From Raillietiella orientalis (Eukaryota), in contig JAYWIR010000022.1 of NCBI GenBank assembly GCA_036172245.1, forward strand, positions 2,666,001 through 2,730,000: DNA of 64,000 bases, read 5' to 3'. Position numbers and translations under genes: made by a program. Position 1 is the first letter of the stretch; each line of letters begins with the position of its first letter. Positions 12,660 through 25,399 of the stretch are shown in pieces. Under the pieces are notes generated by a model that worked only from the letters and a program-made list of their open reading frames with translations, made no database searches and was not told where the DNA came from.

Positions 12660-14040
12660 GCCCATAAGTGACGAATAACTCAGCTAAGGTTGGAGGCTTT
12701 TTTAGGACCCAGAGTAAAGCATGCTCTAGTCCACCAGAGTCCACACCTGGAACCCTCTTCAGTTCTCGTTCTCGTCAGTTCAGTAGAGCACGAACTGGTG
12801 CGAGCCCGCACGATTCCTGGTCAAGCGAGCCATCGGATACGTGGGACTGTCTTCGTTCCTGGAGCGGCGTCGCAGACGCAAAGTGTCCAGCTGCAGACTG
12901 GAGCTCCGGCGAGTGGTCAAGCTGACCAAGACCAACAACTGGATCCTCTTCCGGCCCGCGAACGGTAGTGCCTGGTTGCAGGAAACCATTCGCACATGGG
13001 CCAAGAACAACGAAGCGAGCACGGCAGCGACTGTTGCACCCTTCTGCAACAACCGCTCGCTGCAAAACGTCATCGTGAATGTGCGTGGGCGCAAAGAACC
13101 TCCCTAGTCGCACCACTGCCTTCCCTCAGGGAACACTTGGCAGTAACCAGCCGGTCAAATGGGAGGTCCGATGCGAGGTCGGAGGAAGAGCGAAGGAATT
13201 AAGTGGTTGGACCACGGACCAGCTCTCGAACGCTGCACCCCCAAATGCCCCACCGAAGGAACTATTATTGAACTGGAGTGAGCTCCTGAGAATCTCACAG
13301 GTAGACCTCGAGTGGTCCCCAGTGCTGAAGAACAACCGGGTCCTCCCCCTGAAGTGGAGGAGTCGGCACTTCTGCTGTTCCACTGGTGTCTCCCGTGCAA
13401 CGCCCGCCGGTCTCACTGGATCCGAGGGGAGATGACCCCAACTGTTGCAGGTGCGGGGAACGGGAATCCCTCCTGCAACGGCTTGTGGACTGGTAGACGT
13501 AGACGTAGACGGTCCCCGTGGTTGCGTTACGCAACGGCCCTTGGTGCACCGACGGGCAATCCCAGGGACGTGACGAAGAGCCTCTTCGTGCGCGATGCCC
13601 TTTCTCCTGCCGCATCCCTAGCAGCTCTTTATTGCCTACGTGGGATCGTGGCTGCATGGAGCAACTCCAGAGAAGGCCAGAACGACAGGAATGTCTATTT
13701 ATTTTGCAGTCCTCTTCATGAGGACGGCTGCAAGATGGCCCCACCTGGGACATACTCCGATGAAACTTGCCCGCATCCTGGAAAGGATGCAGAGGACGTC
13801 CTCCAGCGGACAGTGATCCCTTCCTGTGCCCCCCAGAGTTTTTTTTTATGATTGATTTTTATTTATTTTTATTTTTATTTGCCCCTTCCCCTCTGCTGCC
13901 GAGGCGAACCTCGCCGGTCTGTGTACCGATTACTCGGCAGGTTCCGAGCATTTTCAGACAATGTAGGGCCGATGGTCCTACGCATCTATGTTTATTTTGT
14001 ATAATAAACATCCCGATGTTACCGGGTGATAAACCTCTTC
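12660..14040 (+). mobile_element. Family B L1/Tx1-like 5'-truncated copy (thumb, zf-RVT, 3' UTR)
   Basis: GLSSFLERR thumb-like segment, NNRVLPLKW, LLLFHWCLPCNAR, CRCGERESLL, LFVRDALSPAASLAALYCLRGIVAAWSN; homologous to three other copies in the window. Confidence 0.8.
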
Positions 14041-14649
14041 AGTTCCCAATTTTGGGGGAACTTTGGTGTTGTCATGGACCTGTGATAGTTTGGATAATTT
14101 TCCATTATGAAAGTAATCGCTCTTCCCATGGACAAAACTGAAGGATTTAAAGTATGAAAGTATTGTTTATTTTTTATTGGCACCCAAACAGTATTCAGCA
14201 TTCATTCTTCTCTCTTGAGATGCACCACAATCTGAGCTGCTTCCTGTTTTTATTTTGCTCATTCACTACACCTCTGCGTCGTCAGTCTTTTGTGCGGCAA
14301 AGTCCACATAGCCACTGCATAGCAGCACTCACTTTGTACGGCCGTTCTAAGGCTTCCTATATTTCCTCAGCAACCATTTCTCATGTGCTCGAGTCCATCG
14401 CTTGATTGGGTCTCAGCTGCAAGACTCTAGAGAGTTCATTAATCAAAGACAAGAAAACAGGCAGACTGGGAAACCTTTCCTATGGGACCTCGGGAGTACC
14501 AACGAAGTGCCGAAACGCATGTCGGCTGATGGAAAGGCCAGGAGAGTTAAGAGAATGGAAAAAATAAAGTAAATAAACAAATAGCAAGAAGGCGAAATCA
14601 CGGCGCAACCTCTAAGTCCTGTGCAGCCTGCGCGAGATGCGGGAATAGT

Positions 14650-17330
14650 CCTCCTTTAGTACTTTGTTACTCCGCAAAATTCCTCGTCACGCAGGAGGCG
14701 AAGCGTGTAGCCTTCCGTATCTTTACTGGAGCACCTCTGACGTATAGCTGATACTCGCTGTCCTCCTGAAGCAGCCGCGATCTATCGGCCGAAGAAAGGC
14801 CATCGCGAATGAAACGGCAGCGCAGCTTCTCAGGGATGTATTCAAGGAGAAACAGAGGCTGCCACCACGCAACGTCGACCACTTTGAGGGAAACTGAAGG
14901 CCAGGGATAGTTGAGGGAACCATTCTTTTCTCCATACACCCGAAACACCCCTAGGAAGACGTCTCCTCTCATTTAGCGTTGTTGCCGCTCGTGGAACCCC
15001 GGGAAGAAGAAGAGAAGTGCCACACGCTGCTACTACAGGCAGAGCCCGCAGGGTTCACTGGAGGAAAGTTTGGGATGCTGGAAAAATGAACCTTACAACA
15101 GGCATCTTCCGCATCCGATGCCAACAACCAGACCGTCAGACCTCGAAACAAGCAGCTGGAGGCTTCTCATCACTGCTACACCGAGCTGTTCGGAAAAGGA
15201 CCACAAAGAGGTCCAGTGATCAGGAAGCAAGGGAGCGAGTCCACCTCTGCGTTGTGAATCGACTCGACTCGCTCTGTACCAGGGCCTCCGCGGACGGAGG
15301 AGATCGAGAAGGCTTTCCTGGATCCTGACAGTGCGTCCATCACTCACGAGGATCAGCGCCATTTGTCCGTCTACTTGCGTCTGTTCTGATGGCTGTCCAT
15401 TCGAGTCAAAGAGGAAAAGAAACTGCTCGTCTCCTTCCATCATAGCAGGACGAGGATTCTCGAAGAAGATTTGAAGTCAGTCCGTGACCCAGTGGAGACT
15501 TATCTCCCTTCTGAACTCTGACACCAAGTGGATGGCCAAGATCTAGGGCTGTCGACTGAAGAAGGGCACCAAATAGGTGATTCCCTCCCCCCCACGCAAA
15601 CGTGTGGCGTCCCTGAAAGGCACGTGCGGGAGAATGTCAAGGCCTTCCTACGATACAACTACATCCCTCGAGACTACCTGGAGCTGAGCCTCACCGATAC
15701 TGTAATGGCCTTCCCCTAAGTTCAGCATACGTTGATTTTGAAGACCCTTCGTAAAATGGGCATCCAAGAGAAATTCCTGCCATGTGTGGCGGTTACTCGG
15801 AAAGCGCGATTCCAGCTTACCATTAACAGCAAGGGGTCTCAAGAGATGTGAATAGAAAGAGTTTGCCAGGGAGAGATGTCCTGAGCTCCGTGCTCTCCGC
15901 TCTCTACATGGATGTGGTAACATCTTTTGCTGCAAAACAGAGCAAGCTGAAGGACCCATGTCTGGAAGAAACCACCACCATCGTCCACGTCGATGGATCT
16001 TCTCCTCGTCATGGTTGACGAGAAAGATCGAAAAGCGCTTTCATCCATCGCGGTAACCATGGCACACGGGATCGAACTCGGAAATGACGCGGTTCCAGGT
16101 TTCTTGCCGTCTAAATCCCCGATGCCACCTTTATCCTGCTCTTCCACGGGTTCGGCACAGAGGATGAATTAAAAGTACCTGAATTCCCATATCGAGGATG
16201 GGAAGGCTTTGTCAACATCTTGAGGGAAACACAGAAGAAAAAGGATCGGGTAGGAAGCGGTGCAGGTGAGCAGGGTAGATCTCTCTTCCAGGAAGGAATT
16301 CTCCCTGCTGTGGTCCCTTGAACGGGCACGCAAGTTCCAGTTCGTCTGGATCTTCAACCGCATCTCTGAGAAGGCAGACAACATCCGGCCAATTCCTAGA
16401 GGATACTCGCATGGAAAGGAGGGAAGCCCCGAGTGAAACTGGAGTCACTGTGTCGGCCGAGAGCAGAAGGAGACACAGACACAGACATGCAGAACCCCGG
16501 AGTCTCGGTGTGCCACCGAGACTCTGGGGTTCGCCTCATGTCAGCAGTCATGTCAACACCTGGGACGAAGGGCCGCACGTGCTTTACTGAGTCTGCACAC
16601 AAAATGGCTTGATACGGAGCCAGACAGCCTGGTGTCAACCCTGTCCGGAGCACCAGGGCAGTAAAGGAAGATCGACCCGAACGAGGTTCTCGGCAACCTG
16701 GGTTCACGAGCTGTCCCTAAGAGCAGGGAAATCTGGAACAAGGAGCTAGCCATGGTGATACATCTTTTCGTAAGCTCTTCATGGACCGCGGAAAGATGGC
16801 TCCAGAGGAGATGAAACATCATTATCGAAGGACAATGGGCATTTCTCGTCCAATGGAAATGCCAACGGAGCGAGGTTGTACCAGCCCAAGGTGCAGCTTC
16901 AAGGATGGATAACCTACAAGTTCAGAGAGCTCTGACATGCACGGAGTTGACAATGGATGAAGGTGAACCCCCGAGCTCTGGAAGAACACATGGAACAGAA
17001 GAAACGATGGAGAAGACGTGGGCACGGTTCGGAAAATCCTGGACTCTTCTGGCATCGGGACTGTCCCGTGGAGGTCCAACTTTCCTCCCGAGATCCAAGA
17101 CAGCCTCTTGATGTTTCACTACTGAGGAATCCTGACCAGGATGAAAATCCTATGAGGCTCCTCCTCGAAGGTCAAAAGAATGTCTTTATGATGAGGGCGA
17201 CCACAGCCTTCTCAATCCTGAACATCCTCATTAGGGAAACAGAGATCTGGAATGGTGTACACGTGAAAGTACGAGACATCCTGACGGGTTTCCTGAAAGC
17301 GGAATTGGCATCAGAGGTTGCGGCAGAGTT
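14650..17330 (+). mobile_element. Most complete decayed L1/Tx1-like ORF2 (linker, reverse transcriptase, family-A-related C-terminus)
   Basis: CYTELF, TEEIEKA..DPD, WRLISLLNSDTKWMAK at 15493-15540 (NWRPISLLNxDYKILAK), DTVMAFP*VQH..LKTLRKMGIQEKF (DxxKAFDxVxH), VCQG, KYL, then VRDILTGFLKAEL. Many stops and frameshifts. Confidence 0.85.
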
Positions 17331-17529
17331 CCAGCCCGGACTATCAGCTGCACTGGCCGAAAAAACCCAAGGCGCAACATTAAGTGCCGCTTTTGAAAAT
17401 GAAAACCCCCTACCCCTTTCCATGGAATCCGTGGAAAACGAGAACCATCTCTTCCCTTGCCCTGTGGTTCGAGGAACTGACGGGAATTTTCTCCACCGTT
17501 GCTTGCTGCATCTGTCTTCATTCCGTCGC

Positions 17530-18260
17530 TGGTAGAGTCGGGGAAGAGGACGATTGCTTGGGAGCTCTTGGCGAAGCAATCCTTTGGCACGAGCAGAGTG
17601 GAGAGCCGCGTCGTCCAGCTGGCGACCGTCGACCGAGCGCCACGAGTTCCGCCCTGTCTGCCGTGCAGCACCTTCCCCTCCGGCTGGCAAACAGGGCGGC
17701 CGCCCGGAACTGCTTCGGGCTCCCGACCACGGCAGGAGGCACCTGGTGCCTGGACCACTTCCCCTGCAGAGCAGCTGGGCAGTGTCCAGCTATAGCAGCT
17801 CTGCCTTGCCCGGAAATCACTCCCTGAGGGCTTTGCTGCGGCGAAACCAGCTTCTGCGGCAGCGAGCTTGGGGAGTGACTCCGCGGTGCGGCTGCACCCC
17901 TCTGCGCGGCCACACGGACGGCCTTCGTGCGGACCCGGTGGAGCCACCGCGTCCGCACAAAGGGGGTCTCTCCTGAACGAGCGCTTCCCGATCCCCCACC
18001 TAGTACTGAAGAGCGAAGGAAGACGTTGCAGGAGGCCGCAGCACAAGATGCGGCTCAGCGGCCGGCGCGCGCACCTCCCCCTCCTCATGTCCATTGGCTC
18101 TCGTTTGTCTACTGTCTCTTCCCTCTCGTCCCTCCGTTCCTCGCCCCGACGAACCAGCAGGGGTCGGAGAGCCAAGACTGGTGAACGCGCAGGCCTCTCA
18201 CGACTGCGCGTGCAAACGCCTCGGCACGACCGGAGACCTCCGGGTCACGGCGGGCAGCTT
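17530..18260 (-). mobile_element. Retroelement ORF1 remnant
   Basis: GRCCTADRAELVA is a decayed CCHC-like segment in GC-rich sequence resembling 5430-6600. Confidence 0.28.
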
Positions 18261-18299
18261 CCCTTATCAGGACAACAGCGGGAGGCCACGAGAATGAAC

Positions 18300-19000
18300 G
18301 GGTCTTTGAAGGGCAACTGGGGGGGGACAGATTCTGGGAGATCAATTGCTGGAACCGGCCGTCGATTGATTCCCTTGAAGGCTCGTGCGGACGCTCCTGC
18401 GGGAAAGCTGGTACGCCCCTCCTCCCATTTTAACGAAGGGATCTTAGTTGTTTACCCCTTCGGCTACCAGCTTTTTATCCTCGGAGTGGTTGGTTGATTT
18501 TCTGCCGCAGAGAGGATGCAGAAAATTTGGGGAGACAGAGACATTCCATCTGTTCCCTCGGAGACTGGTCAAGGACGGCACCATGTGCCGCTTGGTCGTT
18601 CGGTTACGGCAGGGAGACTCCCCTACAGGAGGCAGAGTACCAAGCGCCCCTCTTTCCGATAGGCGCTTGACGGCCCCCCTGGAGGAATCGGGGTGAACTC
18701 AGCGAATGTGGCACTGAAGGGGGCAACAGGGAACAGGGCGGCCCCCAGCGATTTGGTGATGCCGTCGTCGGTACCGGCGCCTGTAGGCTCCAGCTGTTGC
18801 GTCCGGATCCCTCAGGAATCGACTGATGACCGGGATAGAATGAGAAAGGAATCCTTCTCCCAAACTCGCCTCGAGAGAACCACGAGGGACTCCCGGAGCT
18901 GCCTCGCGCCTGCGTCTCTGCGTAAGACCAGCATCTTCCACCAACTTTCCCTCGAGAACATTCCCGGGGGGAAGGGCATTGGAGGGCAGAGGTAGGGGGG
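18300..19000 (+). mobile_element. Retroelement ORF1 remnant
   Basis: PQRGCRKFGETE resembles QxRxCxKCGxxGH. Confidence 0.25.
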
Positions 19001-19619
19001 GAGGAAGGAAGAGGAGGCTTTGGGGGCCACCCGAAGATCTCTGCGCCGCACCACTGTGGCGTCCTCCTTGTCCAGACTCACCCTCACGGTCTCTTCCATC
19101 TCAAGGACGGAGAGCCCCAAGGTCCTTCTTGCGGCACTCCTTTTCCATTGTTTCACTCTCGCCTTCGCCTCGCAAAGCCGCCACCTGCTCCCCAGAGGTT
19201 CCTGCCGAGCGTGCGCGTTCCCCTCCTCCCTCTGGTCTATCGCGCAGATCCGACGGATGGCAATGTGCCACACTCCCGCCGTGCTCCCATAGAGCTCCAG
19301 AAGCTGAGTGGTTGCGAACGCTCCGCTACCCTTCCTTTTCCTCTCCATCTCCCTTACCTCTTCACGCCTTCAACGTCGCTCGCTCTGTACTCTGTATAAG
19401 ATTACCCCCGCAAACTTCCAATTGTCTTGCACATATTTGTACGTGGTGGCGGAGTTTGTTGTCTGCCACCACCTCCATTACCCGGCACTACCACTATCTG
19501 CCTCAATTACCATCATCCTTCTCTCCCTCTTCCTCTCTCCTCCTTCTTTCTTCCTCTTCTTCCCCTCCTCCTCCTCTTCTTCACCATCATTAGTTCCTCC
19601 CTTTCCTCCTTGAAGAAGT

Positions 19620-20716
19620 CCGGATCTGAAGAAGACGGAACAAAAAGAACGTCCATAGAGAGGGAGAGAGAGAAAGGATCGTCTCCCGCATCCGATTGCC
19701 CCCTTGGGCGAAGCAGCTCCAGGACGTCTCGCCCTCGGCGGTTCGAGTCCGATGGTAGGGATGCTTCCGCGAACAGCGACATACCGGTTTCTCCTAGCTG
19801 CCTGTCCGGCACGGGTGCCCCGTGGTGTCCATCCGGTTAGAAGAAGAGAAGGGCTGACTCGGAGTCGACAGTCCGTCTTTCTCAACCTGCTCTCCCTTTT
19901 CTTCCAGAAGTGCCAACGCTCAGGGAGCATGCGAAGGACTGACCACCCGCTACCCGACACCTTCCCTCCTCTTCTATTCCCAGATCCCTCCCCGGACTTG
20001 CGTCAGGTTCGGAGTCGGGCAGAGTTCCAGGAAGATTCCAGGATATTCTCGTCCTCCTTCCCCTGCCTTCCTCGTCCCCCGGTCCCCCCAGTTTCCGCGA
20101 GGGAGAAGCGGATACAGCCTTCCCGTAGAAGAGGAAATCGTCTAAGAGCGAGGATGCTCGTAGCGCCGCAGATGCATCCACCCCGGTCTTCCGGGGTTTC
20201 CGGGCGGCAGGGCGCCTTCTCCGACGCCGTTCTCCGGCATCGAAGCCTCCCGTCCTCCTGGCTGCTAGGGACGGGCGAAAGATGGCAGGGATCCGCGAAG
20301 GGGTATATTCCCCTTCCCACCACCACCACCCTTCCCTTACCTCACTTCCTGCTCTCCCGCGCCTCCTTTCTCAGAGGGCGGAACGGGGAGATCCGCTCCT
20401 TTGGGAAGCCGCGTCTTGGCGGTTCTCCAATTACATTTTTGTTTTCGCTCCCCACCCCCCCATTCGCTCCGTAGTGTTTTAGTGCTTTCACTTTTTTTCT
20501 TTTCCGGTGACTACGGAGCGTCATCAAAGATCCCTGACCCCTTCCTCCCATTTAGACTGTTTTTTTTGTTTGTAGTCCCCTACTCGTTCCGGACCTACCG
20601 TTTTCCTGGCTTTCGTGCCAGTGGTGTATTTGGGTTGTATTTTTGTAGTTGTCGGCTGGAAACAACTGTTTCCAGATGGTTTATGTAAATAAACGTCCCT
20701 GCGTGACCGGTTAATA
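19620..20716 (+). mobile_element. 3' fragment of a further non-LTR family
   Basis: KCQRSG..TDH zinc-finger-like remnant, U-rich UTR, hairpin CTGGAAAC-AACT-GTTTCCAG (20656-20675), then AATAAA and the shared terminal motif at 20688-20711. Confidence 0.5.
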
Positions 20717-20729
20717 AACTTCTTGATGC

Positions 20730-22300
20730 AGAGAGAGATGGAGAACTTAGATTGCAGAGCTTCCTCCCTGGAGCTCGGACGGTAGTAGTAGCCTCAAGAG
20801 GATGCATCGATGCGCCATATGCGCCTGGATGTGGAACGAATGGGGTCCGGAGTTCCAGCGGCTCGAGAGCCCCAGAGAGCTCCGTCTGCTTCGTCCTGTG
20901 GACGCTGATGACATGGAGCATGCAGAAAGACGATGGATGAGGCGGCGGCGGACACCGAGGCGATGAGCTCCAACAGCGATTCGGATGCCCTCCTGGAGAG
21001 AAGGGGTCATGAGGTGCAGCTGCTGCACGAGGAGCATCGGAGTAGCCCCCTGGTCTGCGCGAAACGGGTTCTACAGAAGCGATCACCTCCCGGCGTGTCA
21101 CTTCCGGGTTCGCGGTTCCCCCGCGCGCACTGCTCTGCCCCGTGAGCGCTTGCAGTACGTGCGCACACGTACGTTCATGCAGTGCAACCCGCGCTCCGTG
21201 TGCCCGACGAGCACCGCCCACCTCCATCATCTCCTTGCGATGCACACACCGGTCAGACCCCTACCATCATGAACGCTTTCTTGTGTCCCCAGCGCTGGCG
21301 CGAGCACTGCACGCCACTCCGACCTTCGTGGAGCTGTGCCGAGCGATCCGAAGGCGGCACGCCGTCCTCGACGGATTTCCTTTGGCGAGGACCTCGCGAT
21401 TTCCCTCCTCATACCCATCTGGCAAGTGCTAAAGGAGCGAGCACCTGGATACTTCTTTCTGCACGATGACGTAATAAGCACTCGCCTCCTGGCAAACACG
21501 TCTCAATCCGGCAAGGTGGGAAGAGACCTGCTGCGCTTCAGCAAGGGAGAAACTTCCGGATGCGTGGGCGACCAGGAAATCCAGTACGCTGCGACCCCGA
21601 GTGCCCCACCCGCAGGACTCGTGTGCTGGAGCGAGCTGCTCGCAATCCTTCTGGAGGAACTGAAGAGACCCTCAGCGTGCTGGAACAATCGCACCCTCCC
21701 TCTGGACTGGCAGGAGTTGGTGCCGCTGGTTCTTGCATTGGGCGTCTGCATCGCTGGACCCGGGTGAGCGCGGGTGCGGAGTGTGGCAGGCGCAGGGAGA
21801 GGAAGACGCTCGCGCACCTACTGTCGGACTGCTGCCCTCCGACATCTTTGGGGTCGCCTAGAGACGACTCTTAAGATCCCAACAGGAGGACCCAGGGACA
21901 TCTTCAAACGTCTCTTCGTGCATCTCGCACTTCCGCCATCCGCGTCCCTCGCAGTTCTCTGCTGTCTTCGCGGGATCGTGGCGGCCCAAATCAGCAACGC
22001 GAAGAGACCAGAATGGAGGGGAGGGAGCTATCTATCTACTAGTCGGGAACCTTCCTGGGGGACGACACGAGATAGCATCACCTGGGTAATATTCCGCAAC
22101 GAACTTGTCAGCATCCTGGATCGGATGCAGAGAGCGTCCAGCAGCAAGCAGTGATCCCTTCCTGGTGCTCCCCAAGAGAAAATTTGTACCTTCTTTCTTG
22201 TTTTTCCTTTATTTTTCTTTATTTCCTTTCTTTTTTGTTGACGAGGCGGATCTCGCCTGTCTGCCTGCCAGACACTCGGCAAGTTTTACATGTCTTTCTG
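20730..22300 (+). mobile_element. Family B 5'-truncated copy; 3' UTR cut by the inverted-repeat element
   Basis: WNNRTLPLDWQEL, ECGRRRERKTLAHLLSDC (CxxC-x7-H-x4-C type finger), PSASLAVLCCLRGIVAA, ELVSILDRMQR. Confidence 0.8.
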
Positions 22301-22301
22301 G

Positions 22302-22895
22302 TGCATTCGGCAGCAGCCCCATCCGCCTCTCTAGAGACCGTCATCGTCGGTTCACCGCATTCCGTTTCCTAAGCGTGGACGTCTCCTCCAGCTCTCTAGG
22401 TGCCAAAAGAAACCTAAAAGATACAGCAGCTTGCTCCAGCACATGAGTCCTGTGGGTAGGGCCCAAGGGTCTTACCACAACGTGTAAATTCATCATCTTC
22501 GTAATTAATGCTCCGTCAAATTTAGGAGGAAGCACCCGGCTACCACCTGACACTCGAAAGCAGACTTTCATATGGCACGGTCACAGCAGCCTGCCTCCAG
22601 CTGCTGCCCCAAAAAGCATCCTAATCCCACCGATATGACCCGGAGAAATTCTTCAGGATGCAGGTCACGCTGCAAGAGAAAAGTTTCAGTCAGGTTTTTG
22701 CACCTTTCCGCGCTTCCACCCGCGAGGTTGAATGAACGGGTCAGGTGCTAGGTGATGTAGAGCAGGTGGGACGAAGGCTTTTAGGTTTCTTTTAGCGCCT
22801 AGAGAACCAGAGGAGGCGTCCGCGAGTAGGAAACGGGAATGCGGCGAGCCGACGACCACGGCCTCGGGGAAAGCGGACAACTGCTGCCGGATGCA
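22302..22895. mobile_element. MITE/foldback-like element with ~120-bp imperfect terminal inverted repeats
   Basis: 22302-22420 (TGCATTCGGCAGCAG...AAAAGAAACCTAAAAG) aligns with the reverse complement of 22778-22895. The spacer is non-coding and no clear TSD is visible. Confidence 0.7.
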
Positions 22896-22899
22896 TTAG

Positions 22900-23960
22900 T
22901 TGAGATGGCGGGAGGCTCAGACTGCTGAGAAAAAAGCCGGAGAAGGGAAGCACGAAGAGGTGACCCTGCTTTCCTCGTTATGGGACACCTTCAAAAGCTT
23001 GCTCAGGCACGGCTCCCGGTCACAGATGACCTCCGCGGAAATGGTTGTGCTTAAAGAGAAATTCTTTGGTCCAGCGAAAATGGATTTCCTCGATTCTGTT
23101 TCATGCAACAGATGTTTGGGGAAAGGGGAAGGAGAGACTCCCCACAATTTTCACTGTCTTTCCGGAAGTGTGCTGACAGCTGTTCAACCCAAACAGGATG
23201 TATCCCCAGTAAACTTTTCGGCTAAGCGGGATAATTGGCGCTTACCACCATCCACAGTCCTCCTTTTCATGCCTCTTGCTCGCGTGCTAGGGATCCCCAG
23301 TCCTCAGAGCATTTTGTCGTCCTTCCGGTTCATGGCTCTCAACAGCTCCCTCCAAGTCGGTGCTCCTCCGCTGGCGAAGTGCAGAGACAGTTTTTGACAT
23401 GCGGTCTCTTTTCTTTACCATACTTCTTTCAACGCTGTTGCCACAGGCAACGTCAAGTATGATGCTCGACTTTCGTTCTGGAGTGCCGAGTAGGTTCAAG
23501 TTACCAGGAGTTTTATGTCATTACTCCGGATCGGTTGGACCGTCGGCTTTCATTTTGCCTTAGTGCTTTCTTGGCGAGGTGGATTGGACAGCCGTGCCTT
23601 TGGACAATCAAGCTGGAGCTCCATGCGCGGCCACTGAGGATGTGAGTCCAGCTGAGCATCTCCTGCACATGCGCTGCAAGCCGCGTCCTGTGGGCGCCGC
23701 CCTCAAGGGAAGGAAAAGGAGGGGAGGGGATCTGGATGACTCATTTCCGTTGAATTGAGTCACTTTTGGACAGTCCAGCTCAGAGGACCAAAGAAATCCA
23801 GGAAACAAAGGCAGAGGAACGAGATCGAACATCTTTCGCGATGCTTTTGCTCTGCATGTCCGTTCAGTCTCTCGAAGATGCCACAGAAATCTCTCCATTC
23901 CGGCTGCTCCCAGACACATCCATTGGTTTCGTGGTACCTCCATCTTGGAACGACTATCAA
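22900..23960 (-). pseudogene. Decayed NACHT NTPase (NLR-like) gene
   Basis: CLGAAGMERFL (Walker A-like, 23916-23884), KMFDLV, IKLLVT (sensor, ~23510), KIVGSLSF, then CFPSPAFFSAV (FxHxxxQEFFAA-like), in NACHT order with frameshifts. Confidence 0.5.
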
Positions 23961-25399
23961 TAGCAGGTCTCTCCTTTGAACCTACTTATCAGCTAGATCC
24001 TAAGCCTCTTTCCCCTTCTCGATGCCTATGAACAGACATCGGATTTCAGACCAACTGTTCCTATCAGGAACGTCGACTGCTCACTTTGCTCGCGACCTGC
24101 TGATGTGAAATATTGTGACGATATCCACCATAAAAATGACTGCGGCACTTATGATGTGGTCTAACATTAAGCCTCCAAGTCAGAAATTCGACACCGCGTT
24201 CCTTTATTCTGGAGCACTCGCACACTGAAGACTCTTCCGTTTTGGCGTTCCTTCTTACTAGGAGCGGAGCCTTGAAAAGCCGTCTGGATTCTCAGCGTGA
24301 TACCAACATGGCGGCCGACAGTGCAATCTGAATATACAGGGCCAACGGCTTGAAACGCGTGCCTCTTCGAGATGATGACCTTCGCGGCGGAACGAGACGA
24401 GGCCGTCACAGGTCGGCTTCAAGGTCTCATTGTGTTGCATAGAGCCGTCCTCCACCAGCACCCAACGAATTCCAATGTTTCCATGGCATAGAAGAAAGAA
24501 AGGAGGGGGGGGGAAGGGGTCGAAAAGAGACGAAGCACCTGTTCCCCGAGCTGTGAATGATGCGGTTAGAAAGTCATCCGTAGACTCGAGGCAGGCATTT
24601 TTCTGCTTCCCTCCTCGATGCTTACTGTTCGAAAATTCTCAACCACTTTCAGTTCACTTTTAGGATTATTAGAGATAATGCATTCCCCCTTTGAGCCGTC
24701 TTCATTCATTATCTCTGTGAATTTATCAGCTCGCTTGGTGCTTCTGACTGAGTTATCTAATTGAATACCTGTAATCCAGCGTTTCGTATTCATTGGCAGC
24801 AGAAGGAGTGCATTCGAGAGTTTTATTCCCTTCCCAGAGCATTTACACTGAAGAAGCTTATCGGTCCTGAAAGATTGCTTGCACGGGATCACACTACGGC
24901 ATCCCGTAGTATTTCGGATTCCGCGCCAAGCCCTATGCACTCAGAATCCCCCTAGAAGTCGTAAACGGATTGGTTCTGCACCGTGGTCCCTCGATGGAAA
25001 TAGCATCATGGCATGAAACGAGTCAATGATGTGCAGGCCAGTGATCAAAAGTTTCCATGCAGTAATATCCGTTTCGAATTAGGATTGTAAATGGCACTGG
25101 AATCGATTGATTCCACTGAGAACTCTGGCTGGATTTTTATTCCTTCGGGTTGCTAGGCAGCAACAAAGGAAGGGGAAAAGAAAAGCAGAGAAAGAGAATA
25201 AAGAACGGAAATGGGAAATAGAGGAGCACCGCTTCCAAATGGAAAGGGGGAGAGGCCGCTGTTTTTGTTTTTGTTTTTTTGGTTCGAACGAAGGGCTAGA
25301 AGAAAGGAGCCGGGATCTTTGCAGTTTTCACCTCTTTCACGTCCTGTCCATCTTTCTTGTTCTGTTAGGCTATGGAATGAGGCTATGGAATCGTTTTCA

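Noticed and set aside
13897..13945. HDV-like ribozyme (CCTCGC resembles L3)
   Set aside because: P1/P3 spacing, P1.1 and J4/2 do not fit, and such ribozymes sit at element 5' ends.
20688..20716. Shared terminal motif as a tRNA-Asp target (GTCACGC resembles the anticodon arm)
   Set aside because: Only about 7 nt match, and the loop varies among the six copies while the stem is kept.
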